Part shown: one piece after another, positions 48,186 to 57,903 of the stretch
How the letters are laid out: every line of letters begins with the position of its first letter
Position numbering within the stretch: position 1 is the stretch's first letter
From: an uncultured virus (IMG/VR IMGVR_UViG_3300018080_006410)
Lineage: Duplodnaviria; Heunggongvirae; Uroviricota; Caudoviricetes
Virus record (IMG/VR): IMGVR_UViG_3300018080_006410
Length of the DNA stretch: 64,000 bases
Direction: 5' to 3' (one strand)
Made by a program: the position numbers and the translations under genes
The notes under the pieces: generated by a model
The model's database searches: none
What the model was told of the DNA's origin: nothing
What the model saw: the letters and a program-made list of their open reading frames with translations, nothing else

Positions 48186-48276
48186 TGGAGGAGGGCCGGG
48201 GACTCCAACCCCGAGACCCCGTTTCCAGGGCCTACCCGATTTCAAATCGAGCTCCTCGTGCAGCCGGTCGCCCTCC
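48186..48276 (-). tRNA. tRNA-Ser(TGA)
   Basis: Loop TT-TGA-AA, long variable arm; atypical T loop TTGGAGT. Confidence 0.85.
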
Positions 48277-48278
48277 AG

Positions 48279-48315
48279 AAACAGAAAAACCCCCGGAGGC
48301 TTTCGCGTCCGGGGG
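48279..48315 (-). terminator. Attenuator terminator 3
   Basis: CCCCCGGACGC-GAAA-GCCTCCGGGGG-TTTTTCTGTTT directly 5' of tRNA-Ser(TGA). Confidence 0.85.
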
Positions 48316-48335
48316 CCTAGGGGCTTCGACGAGCG

Positions 48336-48425
48336 TCAACGCAGCCCGGACGCAGGCGTAAGGCGGAACGAGGAATATCCCCGCCCACAACATGCCAACA
48401 TCAGGTTGCGACTCTGCTTGTCCAT
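48336..48425 (-). CDS. Leader peptide 3 (MDKQSRNLMLACCGRGYSSFRLTPASGLR)
   Basis: 29-aa ORF between promoter and terminator; Ser/Arg/Leu/Cys/Gly/Tyr/Phe codons; contains antiterminator strand. Confidence 0.8.
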   Translation of the reverse strand: MDKQSRNLMLACCGRGYSSFRLTPASGLR

Positions 48426-48493
48426 CGTCTCTCTCGGTTTGTGGGGTCCAGCCCTGGAATTGGCCAGGACCCTCACCCGTCGTCCAAAATCCC

Positions 48494-48523
48494 ATTATAC
48501 ACCCTCGGGCGCCGACTTGCCAA
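48494..48523 (-). promoter_or_regulatory. Sigma70-like promoter of tRNA unit 3
   Basis: TTGGCA-N18-TATAAT with TG just upstream of the -10. Confidence 0.8.
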
Positions 48524-48702
48524 CCCCGTCGCCGGATTTTCCCGACGTGCCTTCGGCACCTTTGTCCTCGCACTCCCGGCAGACCGTCTCGAACTCCATG
48601 AACGGGTGGCAGCTCCTGTCGCCCCGGTCCCTCGGCCCCAGATAGCCCACATCCATCATGCTCTCGATCTCGGCGCCGCACCGGGTGCAGATCAGCTGTT
48701 CG

Positions 48703-49119
48703 TCAGGCGTCATTGCTGTGCAGCCTCCCCACCAGCATCATGCCGTTCATCACGTTCTTGAGCTCCTCCTCGTCCCGGGCGCTACGGGCGAAAGCCTGGA
48801 AGCAGTCCAGGCAGTCGTGCTTCTCCTTCTGCACGGCCCGGATCGTCTCCAGGATCACGCCCCTCATGTGCTGGACGTGAGGGTTCCCCGGAGGCCCCTG
48901 GTCCCTCGCCCCCCTTCCTCTGTCCTCCGACCCCCTTCTCCTGTCCTCCGGTCCCCTTCTCCTGTCCTCCGACCCCCTCGCCCTCGGCTCCGCCTGGCCT
49001 CCCGCCTCCTGCTCCTTCCGCGGCCACCTTCTCGTGTCCTCCGCCTCCTTCTCCGGCCACTTCCTCCTGTCCTCCGACTCCCTCGCCGTCAACTCCGCCT
49101 GGTCCGCCTGGTCTGTCAT
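48703..49119 (-). CDS. Hypothetical protein with EDRRRG repeats
   Basis: Repeated SEDRRRG/PEDRRRG units. Confidence 0.5.
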   Translation of the reverse strand: MTDQADQAELTARESEDRRKWPEKEAEDTRRWPRKEQEAGGQAEPRARGSEDRRRGPEDRRRGSEDRGRGARDQGPPGNPHVQHMRGVILETIRAVQKEKHDCLDCFQAFARSARDEEELKNVMNGMMLVGRLHSNDA

Positions 49120-49622
49120 CGTCCGCTCCTTCTCCGGCCACGAAGGCCAGCTCCTTCCTCATCTCCTCAGCGTCAACCCCGGAGGAGGAGAAGCCCCCGG
49201 CCGCCAGCAGCTCCGGCGGTCGCGCGAGCCCAACCTCTCCCCGCGCCACCCCGGCGCAGGCCTCCAGGAAACTCAAGGCGGTCGCGTCGCTCTTGAAAAG
49301 CCTCGGCGTCCGCATCATCCACATGTCCAGTATGTCGGTCAAAGTGGCCTTTTCCATCTCGCCTCCGCCACCATTATACGCCTCAGCCACAGACGCACAA
49401 GATCATCCACTGCCAATCCATGTCTCTCCTTCCGTCCCGACGCTCCCGTCGCGGTAGCCGCGGAACAGCGTCCACAACCTCCCGCCGCAGGACGGGCACT
49501 CCTCGAAGGCCGCGACTTGCTCGACCACTCCTGGAACCACGTCCTTCTCGGCCGCCTCGCGCCACCGGTGCCCGCACCGGCCACACTCGTGCGTCCCGTC
49601 CCACGGAATCGTCACGGCAAAA

Positions 49623-49925
49623 CTACCGTGGGTCGTCTTCATCGGCCGCCTCCACGCTCCCGTCGTCGTGAGCCACGAACATCACCGTGACGCCGCACCC
49701 GCAACGCTCGCAGGCGTCGCAGGTCACCGCCGTCAAAATCTGCCCACGCTTAACGTTCAGCCTCCTGTGCACCCTGCGAGGCGCCACCGGCCTTCCGTTC
49801 CACCCTTCGCACGCGCACTGCCACTCGTGCTCCCCGAGCCACCGCCCCGAATCGTACTTGTCGTCCTGCCACTCCATCCGGACCACGACCGGGTCGCTCA
49901 GGTCCATGTCGTCGAGGATGCTCAT
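49623..49925 (-). CDS. Small Cys-containing hypothetical protein
   Basis: MSILDDMDL..., CACEGW, CERCG. Confidence 0.55.
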   Translation of the reverse strand: MSILDDMDLSDPVVVRMEWQDDKYDSGRWLGEHEWQCACEGWNGRPVAPRRVHRRLNVKRGQILTAVTCDACERCGCGVTVMFVAHDDGSVEAADEDDPR

Positions 49926-50278
49926 CTCTCCTCCGCCGTCGCCACGACCTCGCCCGGCAACAGCTCCCCGTTCAGCTCCAGGGCCCTCAGGTACGCGCCC
50001 CACGCCTCCGGGCCCAGCTGCCCCTCCTTCTCCAGGCAGCAGCCGGGAATCGGCCCGCCGACCCCGACGAAGCTCTCGAAGATGAAGCGCCCGCTTTCGC
50101 CGACCCTCATCGGCGTCTCCGTGGCCGGCAGCCGCAACACGCCGGGACACCGCACCTCCCCCCTCTCCCAATCCCTCGCGAAGAGGTCGAGCTGCTCGTC
50201 GTCGAAGGCGCCGGGCACGAAGGTTCTTCTCACGTACGTCAAGACGCACCCCCGGCACGTCTCCCTGTCTAGCCCCAT
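49922..50278 (-). CDS. Hypothetical protein with C-terminal GEVVA motif
   Basis: MGLDRETCRGC...LLPGEVVATAEER. Confidence 0.55.
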   Translation of the reverse strand: MGLDRETCRGCVLTYVRRTFVPGAFDDEQLDLFARDWERGEVRCPGVLRLPATETPMRVGESGRFIFESFVGVGGPIPGCCLEKEGQLGPEAWGAYLRALELNGELLPGEVVATAEER

Positions 50279-51504
50279 CTCAACCCCGCCTCCCCTATCG
50301 CGAAGTCCCTGGTCAGCCCGGCGAAGTTCAACGCCAGCGTCATCAGGCCGCCTGCTGGCCCCGGCTGCCCGAACATCCCGAGCATCGGCACCGAGACCTC
50401 CTGCCACTCCACGCCCGACCACGACCCCGACGTGTCGCGCGGCTCGACCACGACCTCCTTCGAGGGCCGCCCTCCCCCGTCGAACAGCGCCAGCCTGAAC
50501 GGATCGGACCCGACGTACCGGACCACGAGCGCGGCCTCCCGCAGGTCCGGTGGATCGAAGGCGTAGCCGCCGGGCCGGAAAGGGAGCGCGACGCCAACCG
50601 GGCCGTCCTCCTCGGGCCTCAGCGCGAGAACCATCCTCCCGTACGCCCACTCCTTCCTCAGGAACCCGTCCTCGTGAAGCCCCGCGTTCGACGCCCACCC
50701 GTGAACCCTGGCCATCGACGGGTGGCGGTCGAACAGGAGATGGCCGTCCCCGTGGACGTGGGCGGACCACGGCCAGCTCGACACGTACCAGACCAGGTCC
50801 TCCAGGCTCATCCCCCTCATCCGCCACAGCTCCGCCTCGTTCCCCGAGACGTACTCGCTGGACATGTCGCTGTTCAACGGCCTGGCATGCAGGAAGTGCC
50901 TGAGCCTGAAGTCCCTGACGCACACGGCCTTCTGCCCGAGCCTCTCCAGGCGCTCCAGCCTGGACACGTCCTCGAAGCCCCAGCTGACGAACTTCTCGTT
51001 CTCCATGCCGGCCCGGACGAAGGCCTCCCGGCGATAGCCGATCAGGCCTCCGTACTGCCGCCACGCCGTGGAGACCGACGGCGCCGAACCCAGCTCCGAG
51101 CACCCGACGCCAGGACCCGGCAGCTCCACGTGGTCCCTGAGCCGGACGTGCGGATAGGCCACGTCCACGTCCGACCACCTAAGCATCTCGACCGCCCGGC
51201 GGTAGCCCTCCGGGGCCACCCAGCAGTCGCCGTCGTGGTTGAAGGCGTACCGCGTGCGCACGCGCGCCCACATCGCGTTCAGCAGCCTGGCCCTCCGGAA
51301 GACCTCGTCGGCCGAATGCACGAAGACGTGCTCGCACCCGGGGAAAAGGGCCTCCAGCGTCGGCTCCGGACCCTCCTCCCCTATCAGGATCGGGGCGTCC
51401 ACCACCGACCCCAGGTAGTCGACCACCATCCGGAGCATCCGGACACGCTCCTCCGAGTCCGCCCTCATCGCGATCATGAACGTCGCGTCAGTCAAGTCGA
51501 TCAT
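50269..51504 (-). CDS. Glycosyltransferase (GT2/GT7-like) with C-terminal extension
   Basis: FRRARLLN, FNHDGD, YGGLIGYRREAFVRAGMENEKFVSWGFED. Confidence 0.8.
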   Translation of the reverse strand: MIDLTDATFMIAMRADSEERVRMLRMVVDYLGSVVDAPILIGEEGPEPTLEALFPGCEHVFVHSADEVFRRARLLNAMWARVRTRYAFNHDGDCWVAPEGYRRAVEMLRWSDVDVAYPHVRLRDHVELPGPGVGCSELGSAPSVSTAWRQYGGLIGYRREAFVRAGMENEKFVSWGFEDVSRLERLERLGQKAVCVRDFRLRHFLHARPLNSDMSSEYVSGNEAELWRMRGMSLEDLVWYVSSWPWSAHVHGDGHLLFDRHPSMARVHGWASNAGLHEDGFLRKEWAYGRMVLALRPEEDGPVGVALPFRPGGYAFDPPDLREAALVVRYVGSDPFRLALFDGGGRPSKEVVVEPRDTSGSWSGVEWQEVSVPMLGMFGQPGPAGGLMTLALNFAGLTRDFAIGEAGLRWG

Positions 51505-51563
51505 GTGCCCACCTTTCTCCTGCACTCCGCGCCCTCCGGACCTCCGGGCATGCGGGCCTCGAT

Positions 51564-51689
51564 TGGACGGGAGGGAAGGAATCGAACCTCGTGCCGTCTG
51601 CCACGCGGCACCCTCGGCAGGTTGGGAACAAAGAGCCCCACGGCAGTCGGCTGCCGCCCTTCGCTTCACCAACTCTCGCGCACCTCCCG
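51564..51689 (-). ncRNA. Solitary 126-nt tRNA-like RNA with expanded central domain
   Basis: CGGGAGG/CCTCCCG acceptor, T73-CCA, D arm CGC..TGG..GCG, T loop TTCGATT. Confidence 0.6.
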
Positions 51690-52857
51690 TTCCTACGTCA
51701 TGGTCGTCTCCACAAACTTCCTCCCGAGTCACACGCCATCCGCCTTCTCCATCCAACCTCCCCGAGCCGGGTCCCTCGCGACGCCCGCCGGATGAAGCGC
51801 AATCAGCTTCCCGCAGCGCAGACATTCGGTAATCAACAGGCGAACCACCACCTCGCGAGGCTCCCCGTCAGGCTCCCTGAGCTCGCCGACGCTCTCTTCC
51901 AGCCTCACCACCTCCACGTGCCCGAGCACCAGACAGCACAGCCGGCCGAACCACGTCGGCTCGACGGGCCTCTCCTCCGCGGTCACGTAGCAGGGAATCT
52001 CCTCGGAGCTCGTCGGCCCCAGCATGCACCTATCCTCGTTCATGGTCGTCTCCTCATCCCACCCCGAACATCCCAACCTCACAGCAAGCCATCATCCCGA
52101 GATGGCCGGGAACCCTCACGCATGAGGCCGCCGGGCTCGCGAAGCCGGCCAACCGACTCCTCAATCTCCTCCGAGCCCCGGACATGCCCGAACATCTTAC
52201 ATCTCAGCCTCTCGAGCATCCGCCTTCCTCCTGCAAGCCGCGCACCGGCGCGTCCTTCTCGCCTCCGCGCCTAGCAGCCGCACCTTCCGGCAATCGCGGC
52301 ACTTCGGCCGCCTCATCCACCATAGCTTCATCCCCATGCTCACCGCCGACCTCATGAACCTTCTCCTTCGGCTTCGCGTCCCGGGCGCCAAGCCACAGCT
52401 CGAACGCCGTCAGTCTGCCGCCCTGGGAAACCTCGTCCACCATGACCTCGTGCCAATGGGCCACCAGCGGCCCCATGACCTGCGGGCGCCTCTCGTTCGC
52501 CAGCTCCAGCAGCCCCGACTCCGCCACGGCCTCCGCCTTCGCCGGATCGGCCTCCAGCAGCCGGTTCAGCAACCCGCACAGCTCCCTGTAGAACTTCTCG
52601 GTCACGTCCCCAGCTCCTTCCTCAGCCTGGCCACCTCCTTGAGACACCGGTCGATCCCGGCCGAGGCCTTCCGCCTGGCGTCCTCCTCGACCCAGGCCCG
52701 GACCACGGCCCCGAACTCCGGGCCGGAGACCTCCTCCATGGCCCAGGGCACCCCGCGGAGGGCGAAGGCCAGGACCCACATCCAGCCAGGAACCTCGACG
52801 AGGCCCACGCCGGGCACCATCACCCCGGGACTGAACCTCCCGACCCCGGACGCCTTC

Positions 52858-53097
52858 TCATCCATCCGCTTTCTCCTCCTCTCTCACCACCACCTCGCCC
52901 AGGACCCACTTCCCCGTCACGCCGACGCGGACGGCCCCGCACCTCGGACAGACGCCCAGAGCCGCGAAGTTGCCCTCGCCGTCGCCCCTCAGGACAGAGG
53001 CATGACAAAGACCGCAGGCCGCGACCGCCGGTGCCCAGTCGGCGGACAGCCTCCTTCCCGACGCCATCGTCCCGAACACCTTCGAGAAAACCATCAT
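52858..53097 (-). CDS. Small Zn-ribbon protein
   Basis: CGLC...CPRC; C-terminal LGEVVVREEE. Confidence 0.55.
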   Translation of the reverse strand: MMVFSKVFGTMASGRRLSADWAPAVAACGLCHASVLRGDGEGNFAALGVCPRCGAVRVGVTGKWVLGEVVVREEEKADG

Positions 53098-53164
53098 GCC
53101 ACCCCGGTCCCGTCCTTCGTCCCGTCGACCGCCACGATCCCGTTCCTCTCATCCGCGTCCGTCG

Positions 53165-53437
53165 TCACACCATACGCCTCTCGATCACCTCGTCACTCGC
53201 CATCACCTCGCCAGGAGGGCACGAGACATGCAGGTTGGCGCCCCAGATCGACCCGACGAAGCCGTTCCTGAACAGCTCCTCCTCCGTCGCGGGCACCAGG
53301 GCGTCGGACCCCATCCTCCCCAGCTCCTCCCAGGCCTCGACGCCCACCGTCACGGCCCCGGCCTGAGCGTCCGTCCTCTCGATCTTCTCGAAGGCCACGC
53401 TCAGGTCGTCGGCGGTCAAGCGGCCCGCGTCGCTCAT
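53165..53437 (-). CDS. Small protein resembling an internal segment of a major capsid protein
   Basis: AFEKIERTD...LFRNGFVGSIWGANLHVS; similarity from recall only. Confidence 0.45.
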   Translation of the reverse strand: MSDAGRLTADDLSVAFEKIERTDAQAGAVTVGVEAWEELGRMGSDALVPATEEELFRNGFVGSIWGANLHVSCPPGEVMASDEVIERRMV

Positions 53438-53651
53438 GACAGCTCCTCGTCCACGGTCGCAACATCGCCGAGGGCCAGGCACCCGGCCGGGAGATGGCGA
53501 CCCTCGTAGACGCCCCGAGAGGCCCAGTCCTCCGCCATCACCCCGCCACCGAAGGAAACGACGAAACACACGCACCTGTAGAGGTCGTCGGCGCCGAGCC
53601 GCACCCGCGCCCGCCAGAACCGACAGCCCCTACACGCGTCGAGACACCTTC

Positions 53652-54599
53652 TCATCCGGGCACCCCGCCATAGACCTCGGCCTCCATCGCGGCCCACAGG
53701 GGGTTGTTGGCGTACAGGACCTCCAGGTCGCCCTCCGAGAAATACCCCGCGACGTCGTGGTCGTACGAGAAGACGACCTTGGCCCCGGGCGCCACGGGCC
53801 GGAACGCGTCCTCGTCGTAGTCCATCCCCAGCGCCACGGCCACCCGCCGGAAATCCCGGTCGAGGAACTCCAGCCGGATGTGGTGGTCCACCTTCAGCCT
53901 CCCGTCGTCCGTGAAGGACCTGAGATAGGCGTCCGGGAAGCACCGCAGGGGACCGTAGACGTCCACGAAGTCGCGCACGCGGTAGTCCTCGACCCCGAGC
54001 ACCTGGCCCCTGGTGGGCGTCGGCAGAGGCACGTAGCAGGGCCACACCCCGCCCCCGTAGTCCCCGCAGACGGGATCGCCGGGGCGCAGCCTGCCAGACA
54101 TCATCACGAGCCAGGACAGGTAGAGGGACGGCAGCCTGCGCACGCTCAGGACCAGGACCTTGCCCTCCACGGCCCGGGCGGGGAAGGGGTCGTGCTTGGA
54201 ATGAGACAGGTCGCCGTCCACCGACAAGGCCGCGCCGCACAGCCTGGCAGCCTCGACGAACCGGCAGGCCGTCAAGGTGCCGCCGGTCCTCGGAATGTGG
54301 CCCCACGCGAAGTTCTCACCTATTATCACGTCGCACCTCCTCTTCTCCGACCACCACGCCCCCGAAACCTCGTCCGAAGCCCCAACGTCGCCGTCGGGCA
54401 CCCACTTCCTCTCGGCGTCGAACCAGACGGCGCCACACGCCGGGCACGTCTCCACCGGCCTCACCCCGAGACCCTTCCAGTTCATCGGGAAGCGCCCGCA
54501 GACGTCGCAGGCGTACGGCCACATCGCCCGGGCCAGCTCCTGGCGACCCTCCGGAGTCGACAGGGCCTTCGCTATGATCCCCTCCTTCGTGACGCTCAT
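53652..54599 (-). CDS. Sulfotransferase-like domain with N-terminal Zn-ribbon (fusion or internal start near 54330)
   Basis: HIPRTGGT, SVRRLPSLYLSW, IRLEFLDRDF; N-terminal CDVC...CPAC. Confidence 0.6.
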   Translation of the reverse strand: MSVTKEGIIAKALSTPEGRQELARAMWPYACDVCGRFPMNWKGLGVRPVETCPACGAVWFDAERKWVPDGDVGASDEVSGAWWSEKRRCDVIIGENFAWGHIPRTGGTLTACRFVEAARLCGAALSVDGDLSHSKHDPFPARAVEGKVLVLSVRRLPSLYLSWLVMMSGRLRPGDPVCGDYGGGVWPCYVPLPTPTRGQVLGVEDYRVRDFVDVYGPLRCFPDAYLRSFTDDGRLKVDHHIRLEFLDRDFRRVAVALGMDYDEDAFRPVAPGAKVVFSYDHDVAGYFSEGDLEVLYANNPLWAAMEAEVYGGVPG

Positions 54600-57219
54600 C
54601 CAACCTCCTCGTCCAAGGCCCCGACCTCGCCCGTCGAGTACGGGCACGGAGCTGCCGGCAGCTCCGTGCCCTCGAACGGCCCACCACGAGCCCGCGGCTC
54701 CCCCCGCGGGCCGCGCTCGTCCACCACCACGGCGAGCAGGCACCGTCTCGCCCAAGGCCGTCGCCGCCCCGCTCAGGAACCCGCACCCGGAGCACGCCTC
54801 AAGACACCTCGGCACAGACCACCTCCCCCCTCCGGAGCCAGCACCTGGCCGGAAGCCGCAGGCCGTGGTAGTCGGCCGCGGGCCTCCACAGCTCCCTCCC
54901 GTCGCCCATCTCCGGACGCCCCACCGCGCACCTCCAGGCCACCCGGCCAGGAGGAGCAAGCTCCTTCCCGCGAAGAAGCTCGCCGCAGAACGCGCACGCC
55001 ATCAGGCTCCTACCCGTCCGCCTCATCAACAACCTCCTCTTCTCAGACCACCACGCCCCCGAAACCTCGTCCGAACCACCTCCGCCGCCGCCGTCACGTC
55101 AAGGCCGTCCGCGGACACGTAACCCTCTTCGGACACGCCGAGCCTCGAACACCCGGGGCAAACCCTCCCGGACCCCCAGGAGCCGTCAGGAAGCACCTCC
55201 GTGGGCGCCCCGCGGCCAACCCAGCCGCAACCCGGGCAGCTGAAGACAATCCATCCGGCGAGCCGCCCCAGCTCCTCGTGCCTCGCCAGGACCTCGCCGT
55301 CCTCGAAGGACCCCGCCTCGCGAGGACGCATGAGGCCGTCGTCGGTCCAGAAGGCCCCGGACCTGTCGCAACCAGGACAGCTCCCGTCACCCACGCCCTC
55401 CCACCCGCAACGCCCGCAACGCCAGACCACGCACTCCGAAACCATCACCAGCCTCCTCGCCCACGGTGAAAAGCCCGATCCCGCCGGACGGCTCCGGGAA
55501 AAGCGCCGACCCGCGGCAGGAACGGCCCCGTCAAGGGCCGTCGACCGCCGCCCACCGCCAGCCGTCGCCAACCAGGGCCAGCCCCGTCAGAGACCCCCGG
55601 ACGGCGACCATCAGCCTCGTGCCGCCCCCGGCCCCGACCAGCTCGCGAAGGGCCCCGGCCTCCCGGACCACGCCCTCGACCAGCTCGCGAAGAGCCCCGG
55701 CGTCCTCGAAGAGAAGGACGAGCACGTCCCGGCCATCGGGGGAGCGCGCCACGGCGCGGGACCGCCCGTCCGGAACCTCCAGAAGGGAGACCGACACGTC
55801 CCCGGAGACCCACTCGCGAACCGCCCCCGAGGCCCGGACCGCCCGAACCTCGGCAAGGCCGCGCGTCAAGATGTCAACCAGATTCTCCATCGAACACCTC
55901 CTCGCGAACGTCGAACACCTCCTCGCGGACGGCGACCACCTCGCCGATCACGAACCGCTCCCACCAGGCCGCCTTCCCGCAAGCCCCGCAGGAGCAGCCG
56001 TCCCGGACAGCGCCCCTCCTGACCCGGTGGACCACGTGACCGCACGACAGACACGCCCACCAACTCTCGTCGTGACCCACCAGCCTCACCCGAACCTCCA
56101 GGAATGGCGGGAAGGGCCCGTTACCGGGGACGCCCGCCGTCGCCCCCTCAGGAGCACCCGCACGGACCAACAGCTTCGCGGCCGGCAAGCCCGGCGAGTC
56201 GGACACGAACCCGTCATCCACATGAAGACGCCGGCCGTCAAGACACTATACGCCCCCAACCCCCTCCGAGACAGCCACCACCTCCCAGAAACTCAACCTC
56301 CCCGAGCAGGCGACCTCCCCCGACTCCTCCCGTCCCGACAGGGGAAAGGGCCTCGCCCCGCACCCCGGGCACCCCCGACGTGGCCACCCGCCAACCGGAA
56401 GTCGCAGACGGGACACCGGAGACCGCCATGCGCCTCCAGCCCCGGCTCCCTGTGGATGCCGGCCACCCAGCATCCTCGCGCCAAACCCCGACCTCCCCAG
56501 GAGAGAACCGCAAAACCACCTCGTCACGATCATGCCAGCAGAAACCCCCGTCGTCACACCTCTCGACCACGTCGAACACCACCATCTCGTCAGGCAGCCG
56601 CCGGCTCTCCCATACCCACAGGCGTCCACAGGACGGGCACCAGTGGACCACGTAGCCCTCGACCACCTCACCCATCAGACCACCTCCCCCACACGCGCAC
56701 GCGAGCGCATGTGAAAGCCCCGAAAAGGCCAATTCCCGATTTTCGGATTTCCGAAAAAATCGCCGACGCGCGACAGCGCCCCGGGGTCCGATCCCGGAAG
56801 GCCGGATCGATAGCCGTCCTATTTCCCGGGAGGCCCCCGCCGGGTTGAGACGCGGTTGAGACGGGCTCCGGGCAGGCCCCCGCAGGCCCCAGGACCTCCG
56901 GGCCGACCACCTCCCCGGACCCCGGCAGGCGCCATGGCCTCCGAACCCGCCACCACCTCCCCGGCCCTGACGGCCCTCAGCTCCTCCACCGACGCGTCGA
57001 CCACCACCTCCGCGGACTCGCCCAGCTCCCCGCCCACCACCACCAGGCGTCCACCGTTACAATCGACGACCTTCTTTGTAGCAGCGCGAAAAAAAGGCTC
57101 GATTCCCCCCTGATAACCCATAGCAGGTTGCATGCCGAATTTCCCTCTTTTTCTCGTAGCCGCAAGTACCTGCGGCAGGCGCGTTTGCGACGCGAAACGT
57201 CCAATTAGTTCCGTCGTGA

Positions 57220-57248
57220 ATTAAACATAATATGATATTATGCGACGT
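57220..57248 (-). other. dif-like XerCD recombination site (7-bp spacer)
   Basis: ACGTCGCATAA-TATCATA-TTATGTTTAAT vs E. coli dif GGTGCGCATAA-TGTATA-TTATGTTAAAT. Confidence 0.6.
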
Positions 57249-57700
57249 CGGGAGGCCTCCGGGGCCTCCGGACCGGCCCCCTTCGGCCTCCGGCCTCCCC
57301 CTCGGCCAGCACGTCGCCCGTCTCCGGCAGGTCTTCCAGCTCGGCCGTCTTCCGCCCACACCCCAGGCAGACGTACGGGCCCCAGTGCACGCCGACCGTC
57401 AGGGTCTCCGGCTCCCAGCCCGCGACGCCGCCATCCCCGGGCAGGGAAACGCCGTCACCGTCCACCACCACCGTCCTTATCTCCCAACGACGCCCCTCGA
57501 ACCGGGAGCCACCACATTCCGGACACCACCTCATCGCTCACCTCCAGACCCGCCATGCGGAAATTGTCCACGCCCCTACCATACGATAAATGCGCGCCCC
57601 TGTACGTGTGCGCCCATTGCACACAGCCCAGGTCACGGGACCCCCCACTCCCGAAACGATCGTCTTCGATCGTCTTCGATCGCGGCCCCCGTCACGGCAG

Positions 57701-57903
57701 GTTCCATGCCATCCGTGAATTTCCAGAAAGAATCGCATCGGTTTTTTCCCGACGTTTTTTCAAGCCCGTGAATTTCCAGGAAAAGTCCCATCGGTTTTTC
57801 CTTGACGCCTCACCGGGACGGTGGTCCTGCCGTGACGACGCCCGGGCACGTTCCATGCCATCCGTGGATTTCCAGAAAGAGCCGCATCGCTTTTTTCTCC
57901 GAC
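57701..57903. repeat. Three imperfect direct repeats in non-coding region
   Basis: GTTCCATGCCATCCGTGRATTTCCAGAAAGA..GCATCG at 57701 and 57850, partial copy at 57766. Confidence 0.75.

Noticed and set aside
40727..48276. Suppressor tRNA or recoded genetic code
   Set aside because: No CTA/TTA/TCA anticodon found and genes read intact in the standard code
38880..48300. Many ORF-track entries across the tRNA array
   Set aside because: They overlap clear tRNA cloverleaves; spurious except the cargo genes and leader peptides listed
41603..48523. T-box riboswitches as the explanation for the leader terminators
   Set aside because: No T-box consensus (AAGGTGGYACCGCG-like) or stem I; leaders are short and contain codon-matched ORFs instead
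57701..57903. CRISPR array
   Set aside because: Only 2-3 imperfect repeats with irregular spacing and no cas genes
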